A program made the position numbers and the translations under genes. A stretch of DNA of 64,000 bases from Marsupella aquatica (taxonomy: Eukaryota > Plantae > Marchantiophyta), in the NCBI GenBank assembly GCA_973895155.1, contig OZ316899.1, positions 5,707,241 to 5,771,240 on the forward strand. The letters are read 5' to 3'. Each line of letters starts with the position of its first letter. The stretch's first letter is position 1. Below the pieces are notes generated by a model. The model had not been told where the DNA came from. It ran no database searches and saw nothing but the letters and a program-made list of their open reading frames with translations. Below, one piece after another: positions 39,597 to 52,200 of the stretch.

Positions 39597-41803
39597 TGAG
39601 ACACTAGTGGTTTTAAATTTCTTTTGCTTTTTCTGCCTTTTATATATTTGGTGTTTTTTTATGACTCCAGATGGCTAGTGAGTTCGCTAGCAAAAAGAGG
39701 AGTCACAAAAATGTATGCTATCAACCAGGTTGTTGTTAGCGAGGCAGTTGGATATAGAAAAATTAGGGGTCATGTGAGCAAAAAAAAATCTTGTGCGAGG
39801 AATGTTTTTTACTGTTTCCTTGCACTCTACAATGCACGGGTTTGGAGCTCAATATGACAAGCATTATGTGGCAAGAGGTGGTCATAGCTGTTAGTGAACC
39901 AGAGCTAGCTATGCTTAACCTTATAACAAATCTGAGACTATCAACTGTCTAGAATATCATATATGCACTTTAAATTACAAGCAAGGAGGTGCAAAATTTC
40001 ATCAACTATCAGTTATCTAACCTTAGAGTTTGGTGGATCTCAACTTGGCAGCTGGGATGGGCTCAATCTCGGTTAGTCTCACCGAGACGGGCGTATGAAA
40101 AAAAGCCCAAAAATGAAAGCGAAAATTCTTTTATCCCCCCCCCCCCCCATAGGCCTAACTTTGTATCTCGACACCGCGGAGGTTGTATGCAGTGCAATAA
40201 CCCGGTCAATATCCATACCACCCAATGATGGTTACTCGACCTGCCATTTAAAATACGGGAGGGCTGTAGGCCTGATTGTTGTTGCTGGAAAGTTTTTTCT
40301 CCAGAGCATATACGTGGGGCTCTCCATGACTACTCATCAACAGGTTCTGAAAGGAAAGAGCCGTAGCCCTTGTGAGGGGTTTAGTAAGTTTAGCTGTCAT
40401 AAATATTTTCTAAGAAAATGTGGCAGTTGATACCAAGTGACTGGTGGATATGACTGATACTTGATGGTATTGTTGTACTCTACAAATAAGTCATATTTCA
40501 TTGAATCTCAGGATACTACCTCTCAACAAACTACTAGGGCAAGAAATGAACCAATTGTAGCTAACATCTTCCTGTTCAAAGACAGCCAAGTCCCCAGGAG
40601 ATCCAATGGGAGACCAAGAACCCAGTTGGTTCTACTGCTACACCCCAACATGTATGTGTGCTTGACCTTCAAGATTTGGGTTTCCTTATCAATAGCATTT
40701 GTTTTGGCCACCTGTTGTTGCATGCAACCTTGGCCACTGTGTGCAAAGTTGGCTGGTCTTGCAGTTTAACAAAGCTCTCCATGCTACAAGCATTCCTTGA
40801 ATTAGTAGGCCTTGATAGAAAGCCATATTGAGACAATTGCTGGCTATCACACCTTCATTTGGTTTAGAGGTTTAAAAGTAATGGCAAAGATACCTATCAC
40901 TAATCTAGGGCTAGGTTTGAAAGACATGGCACCCTTATCATCATTGTTGAGCTGGTATTCCTCCAGGGGATTCTTTGTTCAAAATAGTCAGCCATCTTGA
41001 CAAAAACCTAACTCAAAAGGTTACTTAGTGTAATTTTTAGCAGATCACCTTGTGATTATGATCACTTAAAATTAAATAACTGTATTTTATAAAGAGAATT
41101 TTTTATACATATTCTTGTTTTGAATTTGAAATAACTACTTTATTTCATACAAATATATTACAATTGAATATTCTCTACTTTTGTATCCTAAACTCCTTAT
41201 TTGACTTCACACCTTATAAAACCTTTGATTTAGTTTGGATTGCACATGCCCCCTATGGTCTTTTGCAGTAGGGACATCATTTCTCTAGGAAGGGGACTCA
41301 AGATTTATATCCATGCTTAATTGCAGGCTTTGTAGTAACCTTTTGTTGCAACAACTTTCCTTCTACTAGTAGCTATTAAAGAGTTTCACACAACTCTAAC
41401 CAACATGTGGGACTTATCAGTGAATGCAATGAGAGATTGGCCAGCCTTGCTTGTGCAAGAGGTCTTAGGTTATAAGGTCATTTTCTACTCAAGGCATATT
41501 CACAAAAGCTATGTAGGTAGCATTAAGTTTAGGGTGTGTGCTAGGGATGTGAGTTTTTAGGGGCTGCTATGAAATGTGGTACTGAAGAAGAGAGTAGAGG
41601 AAAAGGAGAACCAGTATGTCGGGAGTGACCAGGGGATCCATGTGGTCCCTTGTGGTCAAGAGGTGAGTTACTCTAGGTATTATTCATATGATGGTAGATC
41701 AGAATAGTACAATCAAAATGAGGGAGTTAGAAAATAGAGATATCATGTTACTTCATATTTGGTCATTTCATCCATAATGGTTGGAAAGCATAGCAACAAA
41801 TAC

Positions 41804-44710
41804 CTCAGAAGACCAGAGAGCGCACATCTTGTGCACCTTTCCACTCCATTGACGCCTACATATCCTTCTTCCTTGTGATTTTAGCTTCAGTGTTTTGCGA
41901 AACCCAATGGCCGTTCGCTTCTTCCTGCCATTAAAGCGTGTCAACATGCAAATGAGAAAGGGGAAGGCCTTGCATGCCTGCAAGATTCTGGAAGGTTCCG
42001 GACAGAACAAGAAGTTCCATACATGACCAAGCACAGATCACAAAGTAATTTATTCAATGAAAGTTGCATCTGGAACAAATCTGTTTGGTGGGCTAAAGCA
42101 ACAAAAGACAACTAAGACTCAATGATTTGTTATCTACTCATCCCCTGAGATCGAAGGAAGCATGACACAATTCTAACAAACAGCTGAACATGACTAACGC
42201 CAAGGAAAATTCTTGTTCTTTGCATTTGTCAGACTTCAAGTTCATTGCCTTGTGTAACTTGGTAGTTCATTATACAGTAAAAATATCATGCATTACTAAG
42301 TAAGAAATGTTTCTAAACAGAATTTCTTTTTGCTTTTGTGCAATGCTCATGGCAAACTTGGAATTGGTGCAAGAAGCCAGATGTTAAACTTAGTCCTAAG
42401 GAAAGCCCTTGTAGTCAACAGGGCTTTGACAATATCATTGTCCTGATGAAGAACCTCCCAAACTTTAGTATGTGGACTTAGAGTTCTAAAAAAGAAAAGA
42501 CATTCATAAACAAACAGAACATCTTGAAAATCATCAACAACAAACGTCTATCCTTCTGTAAACATTAGGAATGACTCATGGGTGTCATCAAAATGGAAAA
42601 AGGTTGGTCAGAGCCCAGATTATTACATTTTTTTCTGCTCTGGGCACCAGCACCTGGAGGCTGGTAAGCCACAACACCAAGCATACCACTCGCCAAGAGC
42701 TAGAGACGGTCCTGTATTGCAAAGATCACACCGGGGCACAGTCTTCCAAGATTTGGACTCAGATTCTGTTAGTGACATTATTGTGCATTTTCCAGCTTCC
42801 TTGAAATAGTTATTATTCTCTGATTGACTTTCGTCGACTATTGACATTGCTGATTTGCATTTGGAAGAGTCCTTCTGTAGTCCGACAACTGCATGAGCAA
42901 GGGGGCAGCCTACTGAAGTTCTCTGTACTTCTCCACCCTGGACAAAATGCTCTCTGGATTGACAACCTTTTGCAGTTGGTATTTTTTCAAAATCTTGCAA
43001 AATGCCATGGAATCTGCAAATGTAACTTTCAGTTTTAGAGTCTGCTCTTTTGTATCCTTCTACCTGCAAATTTTCTCCTTCCCCTTTACTGTCAAACTTA
43101 CCCGCCACAGTTTCTGAGCAACCCAAACTCTCTCGGCAAATCCTTCTCGCGTCTTCCATGTCAGGGTTCTTCGCGATAAAATCTGAATTCACAATCTTAC
43201 CAGGTGTATAACGGACGCTGTCAACCTTGTTGTGTATGGATGCTGCTCTACGAGCCTGTCTTGGTGGAAGGCTTGATGAGCAACATGCAACGTCGTTCAC
43301 AACCAGCCCTTTACAAAGAGGAGTTTCTATATATTCCTCAGGTCTTGGTTTTTCCCAAACCTGAGCTGCAGAGGAATAGTTCTGTCCTAGCAATTCTCTC
43401 CTTGCCTTGGAATCGGCTCTGTCATTCTGTAAATCTGAACGGCTTGATCTTGATCCAAAAAGGCCTCTTCCTTTGATTTTAGATCTGGTACTTTCAAGAT
43501 TGCCCAAACGTTCAAGTTGGTTACACAAAGGTTGCTGACATTCGGACTCGTCCATACGGCAATGCTCACATTGCTCTTTCACGCTGAGCTTGGTGCGTAG
43601 ATTTTGGGAAGGAAGCACAGGTGCCAGCTTATTTCTAAACTCAGAGGTCTTTGACAAGTGTGAGATTTCAACTAAAGGGGTTTCAAACTTGAGAGATAGT
43701 TTAGTTTGCTCTTCGAGGCTGCATAACAAATGGGACAGACATTCAGGCAACCCACGTCTCCGACATGCAGAGCGACAGTATCCAGAAGTGTTAGGCTGAT
43801 TGATTAGGTCCCAAGCAATCCATGGACAGGGAATCTGAAGTCTTGTGAACGAGGTTACAGAATTGGTAGTGGCAAGCTGTCCTTCAGAGCACCTTGCCTT
43901 CACAAAGACAGATGATTCGGAGGGACGTGCATTAATCTGGTCAAGCAAGGCACTGCTCTTTCCTGCAGTGTGCGGTTGCCTTGACTGGGAATTCATGATA
44001 CTATTTTCATTTCCTGTATGACGCAGAGGATTTCTCGAATCCTGGCAACGAGGAGCTTTTCCAGGACCATGGCCCACAGTTTGAACACAAGAAAGCTGGT
44101 GTACACATGACTTTTGGTGTAGAGGCTCCAGAGTGAAGCTCTCAGTTAGGGCTTTACCTCTCGTACATCGAGGAAGCCTTCGATTTACAGAACTCGTCTC
44201 CGTGATCGAAGGGGGATGGCCAGTAGTGATACCCTTCACATCTCCAGGTTGAGTACCAGTAGTCGAATCTTTGGCCGAGGTGATAATGACCAACGGTGCT
44301 GCACCAGATATTGTTACCTCATTTTCTTCCCTTAGTTGAACTGTCTTCAAGTCCTTCATCACTGGGGCAACCACTGCAAAATTCGTATCAAAAGACAATC
44401 TAAGGTCATCTCTACCGACACCCAGAACATCCACCACAGGCTCGGTCGGAACCTTCAGTGACAGAGTAAGCCAATCGCCGCGCTCATTTAAGGTGTGCAC
44501 TCCATGAAAAGCTCCTGAGACGGAACGTGAAACAAATTTTAAGGCTAGACACTGACAAGACTTCCAAAGATTAATCAAAGAGTTTGAAGCACCAGTTGTC
44601 CAATCTCGTGCCCAAAGACGCCTTAAAAAAAACTCCCTGCACTTTTTGATGCAACTCCTAAAACTACATTCAAGTTCAGCTTGACGGCATTGCATTGAAT
44701 TCAAGTTCAC
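41804..44710 (-). CDS. Probable host gene (partial or pseudogene): long low-complexity exon plus an extended-PHD (zf-HC5HC2H-like) N-terminal zinc knuckle
   Basis: The 695-codon ORF ends CDLC...LGEW. A GT-AG intron at 42653-41925 joins it in phase to exon 41924-41804 encoding VHKMCALWSSE|V, the VHxxCAxWSxEV motif of ePHD domains. Confidence 0.6.
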
Positions 44711-46023
44711 ATCTCTCTTCCTCAGGGGTCCATGGTCTTCTGGCTAATCTTTCAAAACACTTTATCTGCAATATTCTGTTGGTAGGACGCACTCCCGTGA
44801 TGTATTTCTGGACATCCCACTTCTAAACTTTCCAGCATGGTCAGATTCTTGAACGGCGACATGAGTCATTACGCTTAAAGTCAGAGTATTCCCAAATTTG
44901 GCAAGACTTTACTACACAGCGGTTAGAGAGTGAACCACAAGAAATAGTATAACCTTCATATGGCCTTGTTTCGGGGTTTGGCTGCGACAGATCTCGGGTG
45001 GGATCTGCTATAGATATAAGGTTAGGTTGAGGATCGTTTAAGCCAGCCGAAACTGAATCTTCGAGTGAAACATCTTCAGCAGTCTGCAACATCGAACAGC
45101 GCCTCGATCGAATTTCTTGCTTGACAATAGAGCGGCTGTTATCTGCGACGTCGTACATCTCAGAAATCGGACAGTCACTTCCTATTCTTGCCGCAGTGGC
45201 AGAGATACTTACACAACAGTGTTCAACATCAATCGTCGGCTTCCCGAGCATGAGTTGTCGTAAGACTTGCTAGTGTCATCGACCCGGTCCCACAATTTAG
45301 CCTGCAACGGATAGATATTGTCAAATACATGCTGCTATCTCTCCTTCCATCTTCTCTCCTTCGGACTTTTTCGACCAATTTATTCCGGCAAGCAAGCGAG
45401 AGAACAGGAGGGGAAGTAGAGAAAATTCAACTGCAGCGCGCAAAATTCATTCATTAGAAACGATGTTCGAATCTTAAAAATGAATCCTCCATGAGCTAGG
45501 GAAAACATGATTTCCGACTTTGAAAGAAGATAGCCAAGATTGCAAACAGGGGAGACAAGATCCCTGGCACTTGGCAACAGAACACATCGAGCATCTTTTC
45601 TAGCAGAGAATGTAAAAAAAACCGTTCAAATGAAACGTCTCTCATGTCTTTTCTGATGAGTATTCCAACCTTAATTAATCCGTGAATTGAAGTCCGGTTT
45701 CCAAATTGGACTGCAGTCAACTGCAGAACGTAATTTGGACGTTGTTGAAAGAATCTCGTGCAGTTCACTGTTTCCACCAGGGCCACAACCCGATATCAAG
45801 GCAGTCCAAATGGCATACAAAACGTTGTCATCCTTGGCACTTGATGACTAGGCTCTCTTGGTGGGTGGTTTCATGGTCCGAGTACGGCAACTGCGCCTGG
45901 TAAGTTTGAGGTCATGTCTTCATCATTTCAATGGATGAGAAGTAGGGGACTATCCATTGATCTAATCGTGAAATGGTTGTGTTGTAGGAAATGAATCGAG
46001 AAGAGTCTGCACTTATGCCAAAC

Positions 46024-46745
46024 AATCGCGGAACTCCACTACCCTACCATTTAGCTCTGGTGTCGCTAACTCTGACGCCGAGCTCCTCTATGTCTAGGCC
46101 TCCGGTACGGCCATCTGGTGGGGAGTAGACTCGTGGGCAATGAAGCATTACACTAGCAAAGGTGATGAGTTGAGTTGGTGGCACACAAAAGACTTAGACT
46201 AGCGTTGGGAGTTGGTCGGGTAAATCTTGGGCCCAAGGCCAAAGAAGTTTACTTCATGTGGAACAAACATTTGGCACATGCGATACGGCACGGCTCAGGT
46301 GTATCTGTTTGGACCCCAACCGACAATGAGTTTTGAGGGCCCAGGCATGAGCACATCAACCCAGTCACAACAAACTAGGGTACTTCACTTATGGACGTCT
46401 AGCTAGAACGTTATGGGCATAGCAAGTTAGCTTTGTGCCCAATCGACCGGGCTGGAGTCCAAGTTGAAGGCCAAAATAGGGGACCATAATTGGTCCAGGG
46501 ATGGCAGGTCTTCATAAGCATATATGAGGGAGTGGTGTCTCCAAGTGGGCCAGGGGCAAGCCCAAGTTGTGAAGTGCAACGGTTGCGCTACTAAGGGAAA
46601 ACACCAAATGAAAACGATGATAACTTCTCAGCGAGAAGTCCGTTGGAGTACTTCTTGGGTACGTTGGAAAGCTCTCAAGGAGGAATAAATCTCTTGAACT
46701 CAACCTTTGGGAGTGCCTTTGGTTCTTGAGGTTTGTAGGGGGTGG
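46024..46745 (+). repeat. Truncated LTR of the AG...CT chromovirus
   Basis: Starts AATCGCGGAACTCCACTACC; collinear with 48195 onward. Confidence 0.75.
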
Positions 46746-48194
46746 AGAGCATGATTGAGGGGTACATAAAAAGGATCTCCAAAGTCTCCACCAAAAGGAG
46801 TGAGTCCTCATGAATTTTGCAATAAATTGGGGGGTGTCACACTCAAGGGCCAAGATGTAGAAGGGCCAAATCAAAGGCTAGATTTGATTATCAACCAAAG
46901 ATGCATTAAGTATTCATTTGGACCGGTTGAACGACAGTCTATGCGTAATTGCTATCTTGGACTTTAGCAAGGACTACGTGTAAATGTCCTCCTTGGATCC
47001 GGTGACATTGAATAGAGCAAGTTGTGGCTTGCGGTGTGTTTGAAAAGGACTCATAGTCGATGCTTTTGAAAATAAGAACTAAAGTGGGCAAGGACTCATA
47101 GTCAATGTTTGAAATTGATTGTGGACTTTGTTCTAATCACAAGTAGTAGGCTTGAATTGTCTTTGGACGGGCGCACACCAACAGCAAAGGGCTTAGGGGT
47201 TAGGGATGGCTATGGTGGTCAATTACTCATCGAACGAGCTTGCACCATACACACATAATGTGAGAGCTGAGTTGTTGGGGGATGAGGCATAGTTGGATAG
47301 TTGAAGCTTTGGATCGGGAGTTGATGATTCATCCTAGAAGTTTGATTTACAGCAATGCATCCTATAGATTGCCCATAGGAGGAGCACTGTAATTGAAGCA
47401 TAAGCGGACCTTGGGCAATTGTTGGGCTTTTCCATGGTGCTTGCAGGATCAAATGGGTAGGCAAGTTTAGAAGTATGGCCTAGTATCAGGTAGAATTTGA
47501 ATGCTCTGTTCTACATCCCGCTTTCAATAACTCCCAAGTTCTGTCTAGTACTTGATGTCATCCTTGACATCGAATGACCAATCTTGCTGAAGTCCAACTT
47601 TAATGGGGACTGGTCGGGGCAGGGTATGGGCAATGCCTTAGCAAGAGAGAGATCAGAAAGGCGAAACCTTAGCAGACACAAGTCCTCTTGTAATAGGCAG
47701 CAACGGATCACCCATGGACAATCAATTGCACATGGTGGTAATAGTAGCAATGTGGCTGGACAGGGATTGTTGGAAGATGCGCAAAACAAATGCCAACAAA
47801 TGATTTCATTTGCTGAGAATGAAGCGAGTAGAATTTGTGCGGAGGCTTCCCAAGAGGCTGCCAACATCATAGTGAATGCAAGTACACAAGCTACGTACTA
47901 GCATCTTGCATACTACACAATTACAATGTGACAAATTGATACAAAGAAGACACACTCTCCGCAATCGCATAGGGCGTCAAGAAGCACATCTTTGGTCCTT
48001 AGATGGGCAAGTTCTCGGTCAAAGCATGGCCAACCTTCATAGTTGCAACGAGAGAGTTCACCTTTGAGGCAAGCAAACTATCAATCCTATGCTTCAACAG
48101 AATTTAGAGCATGAGATGCTCAAAGGAAGCGAGCCACATTACGGAAGAAAAAGGGTAATACACGCACGGAGGCTTGTCAATGTGAGTCTGCTGG

Positions 48195-49228
48195 AGTTGC
48201 GGAACTTGACTACCTTAACACTTAGCTCCGGCGTTGCTGACTCCAACGCCGAGCTCCCCTATGGTCCAGGCCCAAAAAGGCCATCCAAGGAGGACTTAGC
48301 ACGGGGAGACTTGTGGGCAATGGGGCGTGACACTAAAAAGGTAAGGCGCTGAGCTGGTGGCACACACTAAGAACTTAGACTAGCCAAGGGCTGGTTGGGT
48401 CAAGGGGAAAGGGCCAGGCTCAAGGTCAACCATCCGGACCCCCGGACGGACATTGATTTTTGAGGGCTTGAGTGAGAGCTCCTCTTGGGCCCAAGGCCAA
48501 TGGAGTTGACTTCATGGGCAACAGACGCTTGGGGCACGAGTTATGGCCCGATCCGGGTTTGGCCAATTGGGGGTCCCAGGAGACAATAAAATCTGAGGGC
48601 CTAGACATGAGCACTAGGTTAGCCTGATCACAACGGGCTAAGGCACTCTGCTTGCGGACGCTTAACTAGAAAGTTATGGACATTGCCAATTGGTGGCGCG
48701 CCCAGACATGCGGGTTGGGGTTCAGGTTGGGGCCAAAATTTGGGGACCAAGGTTGGTCCGGGGGTGGCAGATCTCCAGAAGAATATATGAGAGGAGTGGT
48801 GTCTCCCTGGGGGCTAAGGGCGAGCTGAAGTCGTGGGCCGCGGCGATCGCAACACTAAGAGAAAACGTCAAACGGAAACGGCGATAACTTCCCAATGGGA
48901 AGTCCGTTGGAGGACTTCTCAGGTGCGTTGGAAATCTCTCAAGGAGGGCTACATCCTCCTAATCTCAGCTGGGTCTACAGGTGCCATAGGTTCTTGAGGT
49001 TTGCGGGGGCTATCTCACCCTCTAGTCAAATCCTGTCGAAACAGCAGCCAAGTCGCGTTTAGTCTCTCAATTAAGGGAGCTTGCATTGGGGAGGCAAGGC
49101 GAAGTAGGCGTGGAGGTTGACTTCCAAGGGCACTTGGCCCCTAGACCAAAAGAGGGGTGAGAACCGGGAGTTGGTTGCTAGAGTTAGGGTCATTATGGTC
49201 CCGACGTGTTGGGACAAGCTTGGGACAA
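48195..49228 (+). repeat. LTR of the AG...CT chromovirus, interrupted by an inverted copy of its own family
   Basis: Starts AGTTGCGGAACTTGACTACC and stops at GGGACAA, where the minus-strand LTR begins. Confidence 0.85.
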
Positions 49229-52200
49229 AGTGGAGGACCTTGCCACCCAGCGCCCTCACCAATCCCAACACCCACGCCTAAGTGCCCCTGGTGCCCAAAC
49301 GCCTCCACGGAATACCTCGAGCAAGTAACCTAGTGCCCTTTTGCACCACCAATGGTCCCTCCCATACAAAGCCGCACTTGCTCTCCCACATGACCACTAC
49401 TCAACGGTCCTCACTGTCTGCACAAGCAACCAAGCATCTCAATAAGTAACCCTTCAGGATCTAGATCTCTCCAAGTCTAGCATCCTAACTCAAGCTCAAC
49501 AGACATTGGTAAGTAGGTCAGCAATAGGTCCTCCCAATGCCATAACCCGGAACCAGAACCCATGCCCACTATTCATCCAGAACAGCTCCTTCCTTGGGCG
49601 CGGCCCGGGTTCTCCCTTGTACCTATCCATCACCAACTGACCGCCCTGACCCTAGGACATGTTCATGGCCCAAACAATGTAGCTTGTCCTAAAGCTTGTC
49701 CCAACACGTTGGGACCAGAATGGTTCCGACTCTAGCAACGACCTCTCGGTTCTTGCCCCACTAATGGTCTACGGCCAAACACCCTTGGAACTCTACCTCC
49801 ACGCCTACTTGGCCTTGCCTCCCCAACGCAAGCTCCCTTGGGAGAGTGAACGCGGCTTGGCTACTGTTTCGATAGGATTTGGCAAACGGGCAAGCTAACA
49901 CCCGCAAACCCCAAGAACCCATGGCACCCCCAGACCCAACTGAGCTCAAGAGGTCATAGCCCTCCTTGAGAGATTTTCAATGCACCCAAGAAGTCCTCCA
50001 TCGGACTTCCCATTATGAAGATATCGCCATTTCCGTTTGGCGCTTTCCTTTAGTGTCGCGACTACGCACCGCGGCTCACGACTTCGGCTTGCCCTTAGCC
50101 CCCAGGGAGACACCACTCCCTTCATATATGCTTCTGGAGACCTGCCACCCCCGGACCAGGTTTGGTCCCTAGACTTTTGGCCCCCAACCCGGACCCTATC
50201 ACGCATACTGAGCGCGCCACCAACTGGCAACGCCCATAACTTTCTTGTTAGGCGATAGCAGGCGGAGTGCCTTAGCCCGTTGTGATCGGGCCAACCCAGT
50301 GCTCATGCCTAGACCCTCAGGTGTCATTGCCACTTGGGGTCCCTGATTGGCCAAACTTGGATCGGGCCATAACTCACGCCCCAAGCGTCCGTTGCCCATG
50401 GCATCAACTCCATTGGCCTTGGGCCCAAGAGGAGCTCATACTCAAGCCCTCATAACTCAAAGTCCATCTGGGGGTCAGAATGGTTGACCTTGAGTCGAGC
50501 CCCTTTTCCCCTTGACCCGACTAGCTCTCAGCTAGCCTAAGTCCTTAATGTGTGTCACCAGCTTGGCTCCTTGCTTTCGCTAGTGCCACGTCTCATTGCC
50601 CACAAGTCTCCCCCTGCTAAGTCCTCCCTGGATGGCCTATCCGGGCCTGGACCATAAGGGAGCTTGGCGTCGGAGTTAGCAACGTTGGAGCTAAGTGTTA
50701 AGGTAGTCAAGTTCCGCGACTTGAACCCCCGCTTAAAAATGGTCACGTCCGCGTGACCTCAATAAACGTTCCAGCACGCCTAGACCAACTTTAGGTCTTA
50801 AATTCTTATGAGGTAACATGTTTACCCATAAGGCTTATGCAAACCAAGTTGGTATGTGCATTCCAGACTTAGGAAATTCCAACCTATCCTAGTTATCCAA
50901 GTAGGGTGCCAGTCCAAGCGGATAAGCTAACTCCAAACTTGTTGGACCCATTGTCCTCCCCTTTGGTTAAAACCAACCCGCCCACAGATGTAAGGCGGGC
51001 ACCATCAACTTCCACTTGCAAAAAGCAAATTGACCGCCCAACAACCTCTAGCGCCCACATAATCCAACCTTACCTTCAAGAGGTTTGGAGGAGTGAAACT
51101 AGCATACAACTCAAAAGGTAGCTATAGTTGCCTGTACCAGTTCACAACAGCGGTAAGCCGCTTTGCTTACAATAGCTTCCAAGATCTTTGAGGCATTACC
51201 CAAATTTCTTCCGGTTCCCAAGTACTCTCGACCTAATCATAGCTAGCCCACTTCACCAAATACTCTAAGGTTTGCCTTTCCAACTTGCGTTTGTAATGGT
51301 GGTCCAGAATTGTCTCCACCTCAAACTCCTCAACATCCTCCACCAGCATGGCGTCTGGATGCAAGACCTGATCCCGGTTGGGATCATCGTCTTTGATAAA
51401 TTTTTTGAGCCGGCTAACATGGTAGCTTTTGCCTACGCCCATTTCCTTGGGTGTCTCCAACACCACCAAAACCGGATTATCCTTGTGGGCCCATCGTATG
51501 ATGCGATAAGGCCCCGCATATCTGGGAGCCAGCTTCCTACTTATGTTCTCGTGGGATTGTTCAGGTCTCAACTACAGCTAGATGCTCTCCCCAATTTCAA
51601 AGCTTACCTGGCATCGATGTTTATCCCCTTGCCCTTTACCAACTTTGGGCAAGGGTCATACCCTTGGTAGCCACTTCCACAACTAGGCGTCGCTCTTGAA
51701 TAAAATTGTCCGCAAGATGAACCTTGCTTTCTGTCCGCCAAGCTTCCAGATTTATGAACCAGGAGGGTGCCCTTGGCGTCCTCCCAGTGGCCTACACAAA
51801 GGACACAAACCCCGTGGCTGAATGCTTGGTCGAATTATACCTAAACTTGATCATTGTTAAGTGCTTTGCCCAATCCTTTTGATTGGCCTCACAAAGTGAC
51901 GCAAGTAGTTCTCCACGATACCATTCACCTGTTCCGTTTGGCCATCTGTCTTGTGATGATACGTTGATCCCCTAGTAAGGTCCGTTCTAGATAACCAAAC
52001 CAACGCCTTCCAAAAATAGCCCATGAACTTGGTATTGCGGTCAAACAGGATATGCAACGGCAATCCCCATTGTTGGAAGACATTGTCAAACACTAGACCG
52101 GCAACCTCTCGGGCCAAAACCATTTTTGTAGTCGGCAAGAAATATGGCATCTTGGGAAAACAATCCACGATTGTTAAGATGGAGTTACTGCCATGGGACT

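Noticed and set aside
41400-41480. Possible degenerate SINE or LTR-start remnant
   Set aside because: Too decayed; no clear boxes or TSD.
46835-47182. Possible small 3' LTR (GGGGGG then TGTCACAC...CCAACA)
   Set aside because: No TSD or partner LTR could be verified.
48195-50721. DIRS-type or TIR element with long inverted repeats
   Set aside because: The inversion is explained by antisense nesting of ordinary LTRs; PBS, PPT and a DDE integrase are present and no tyrosine recombinase is seen.
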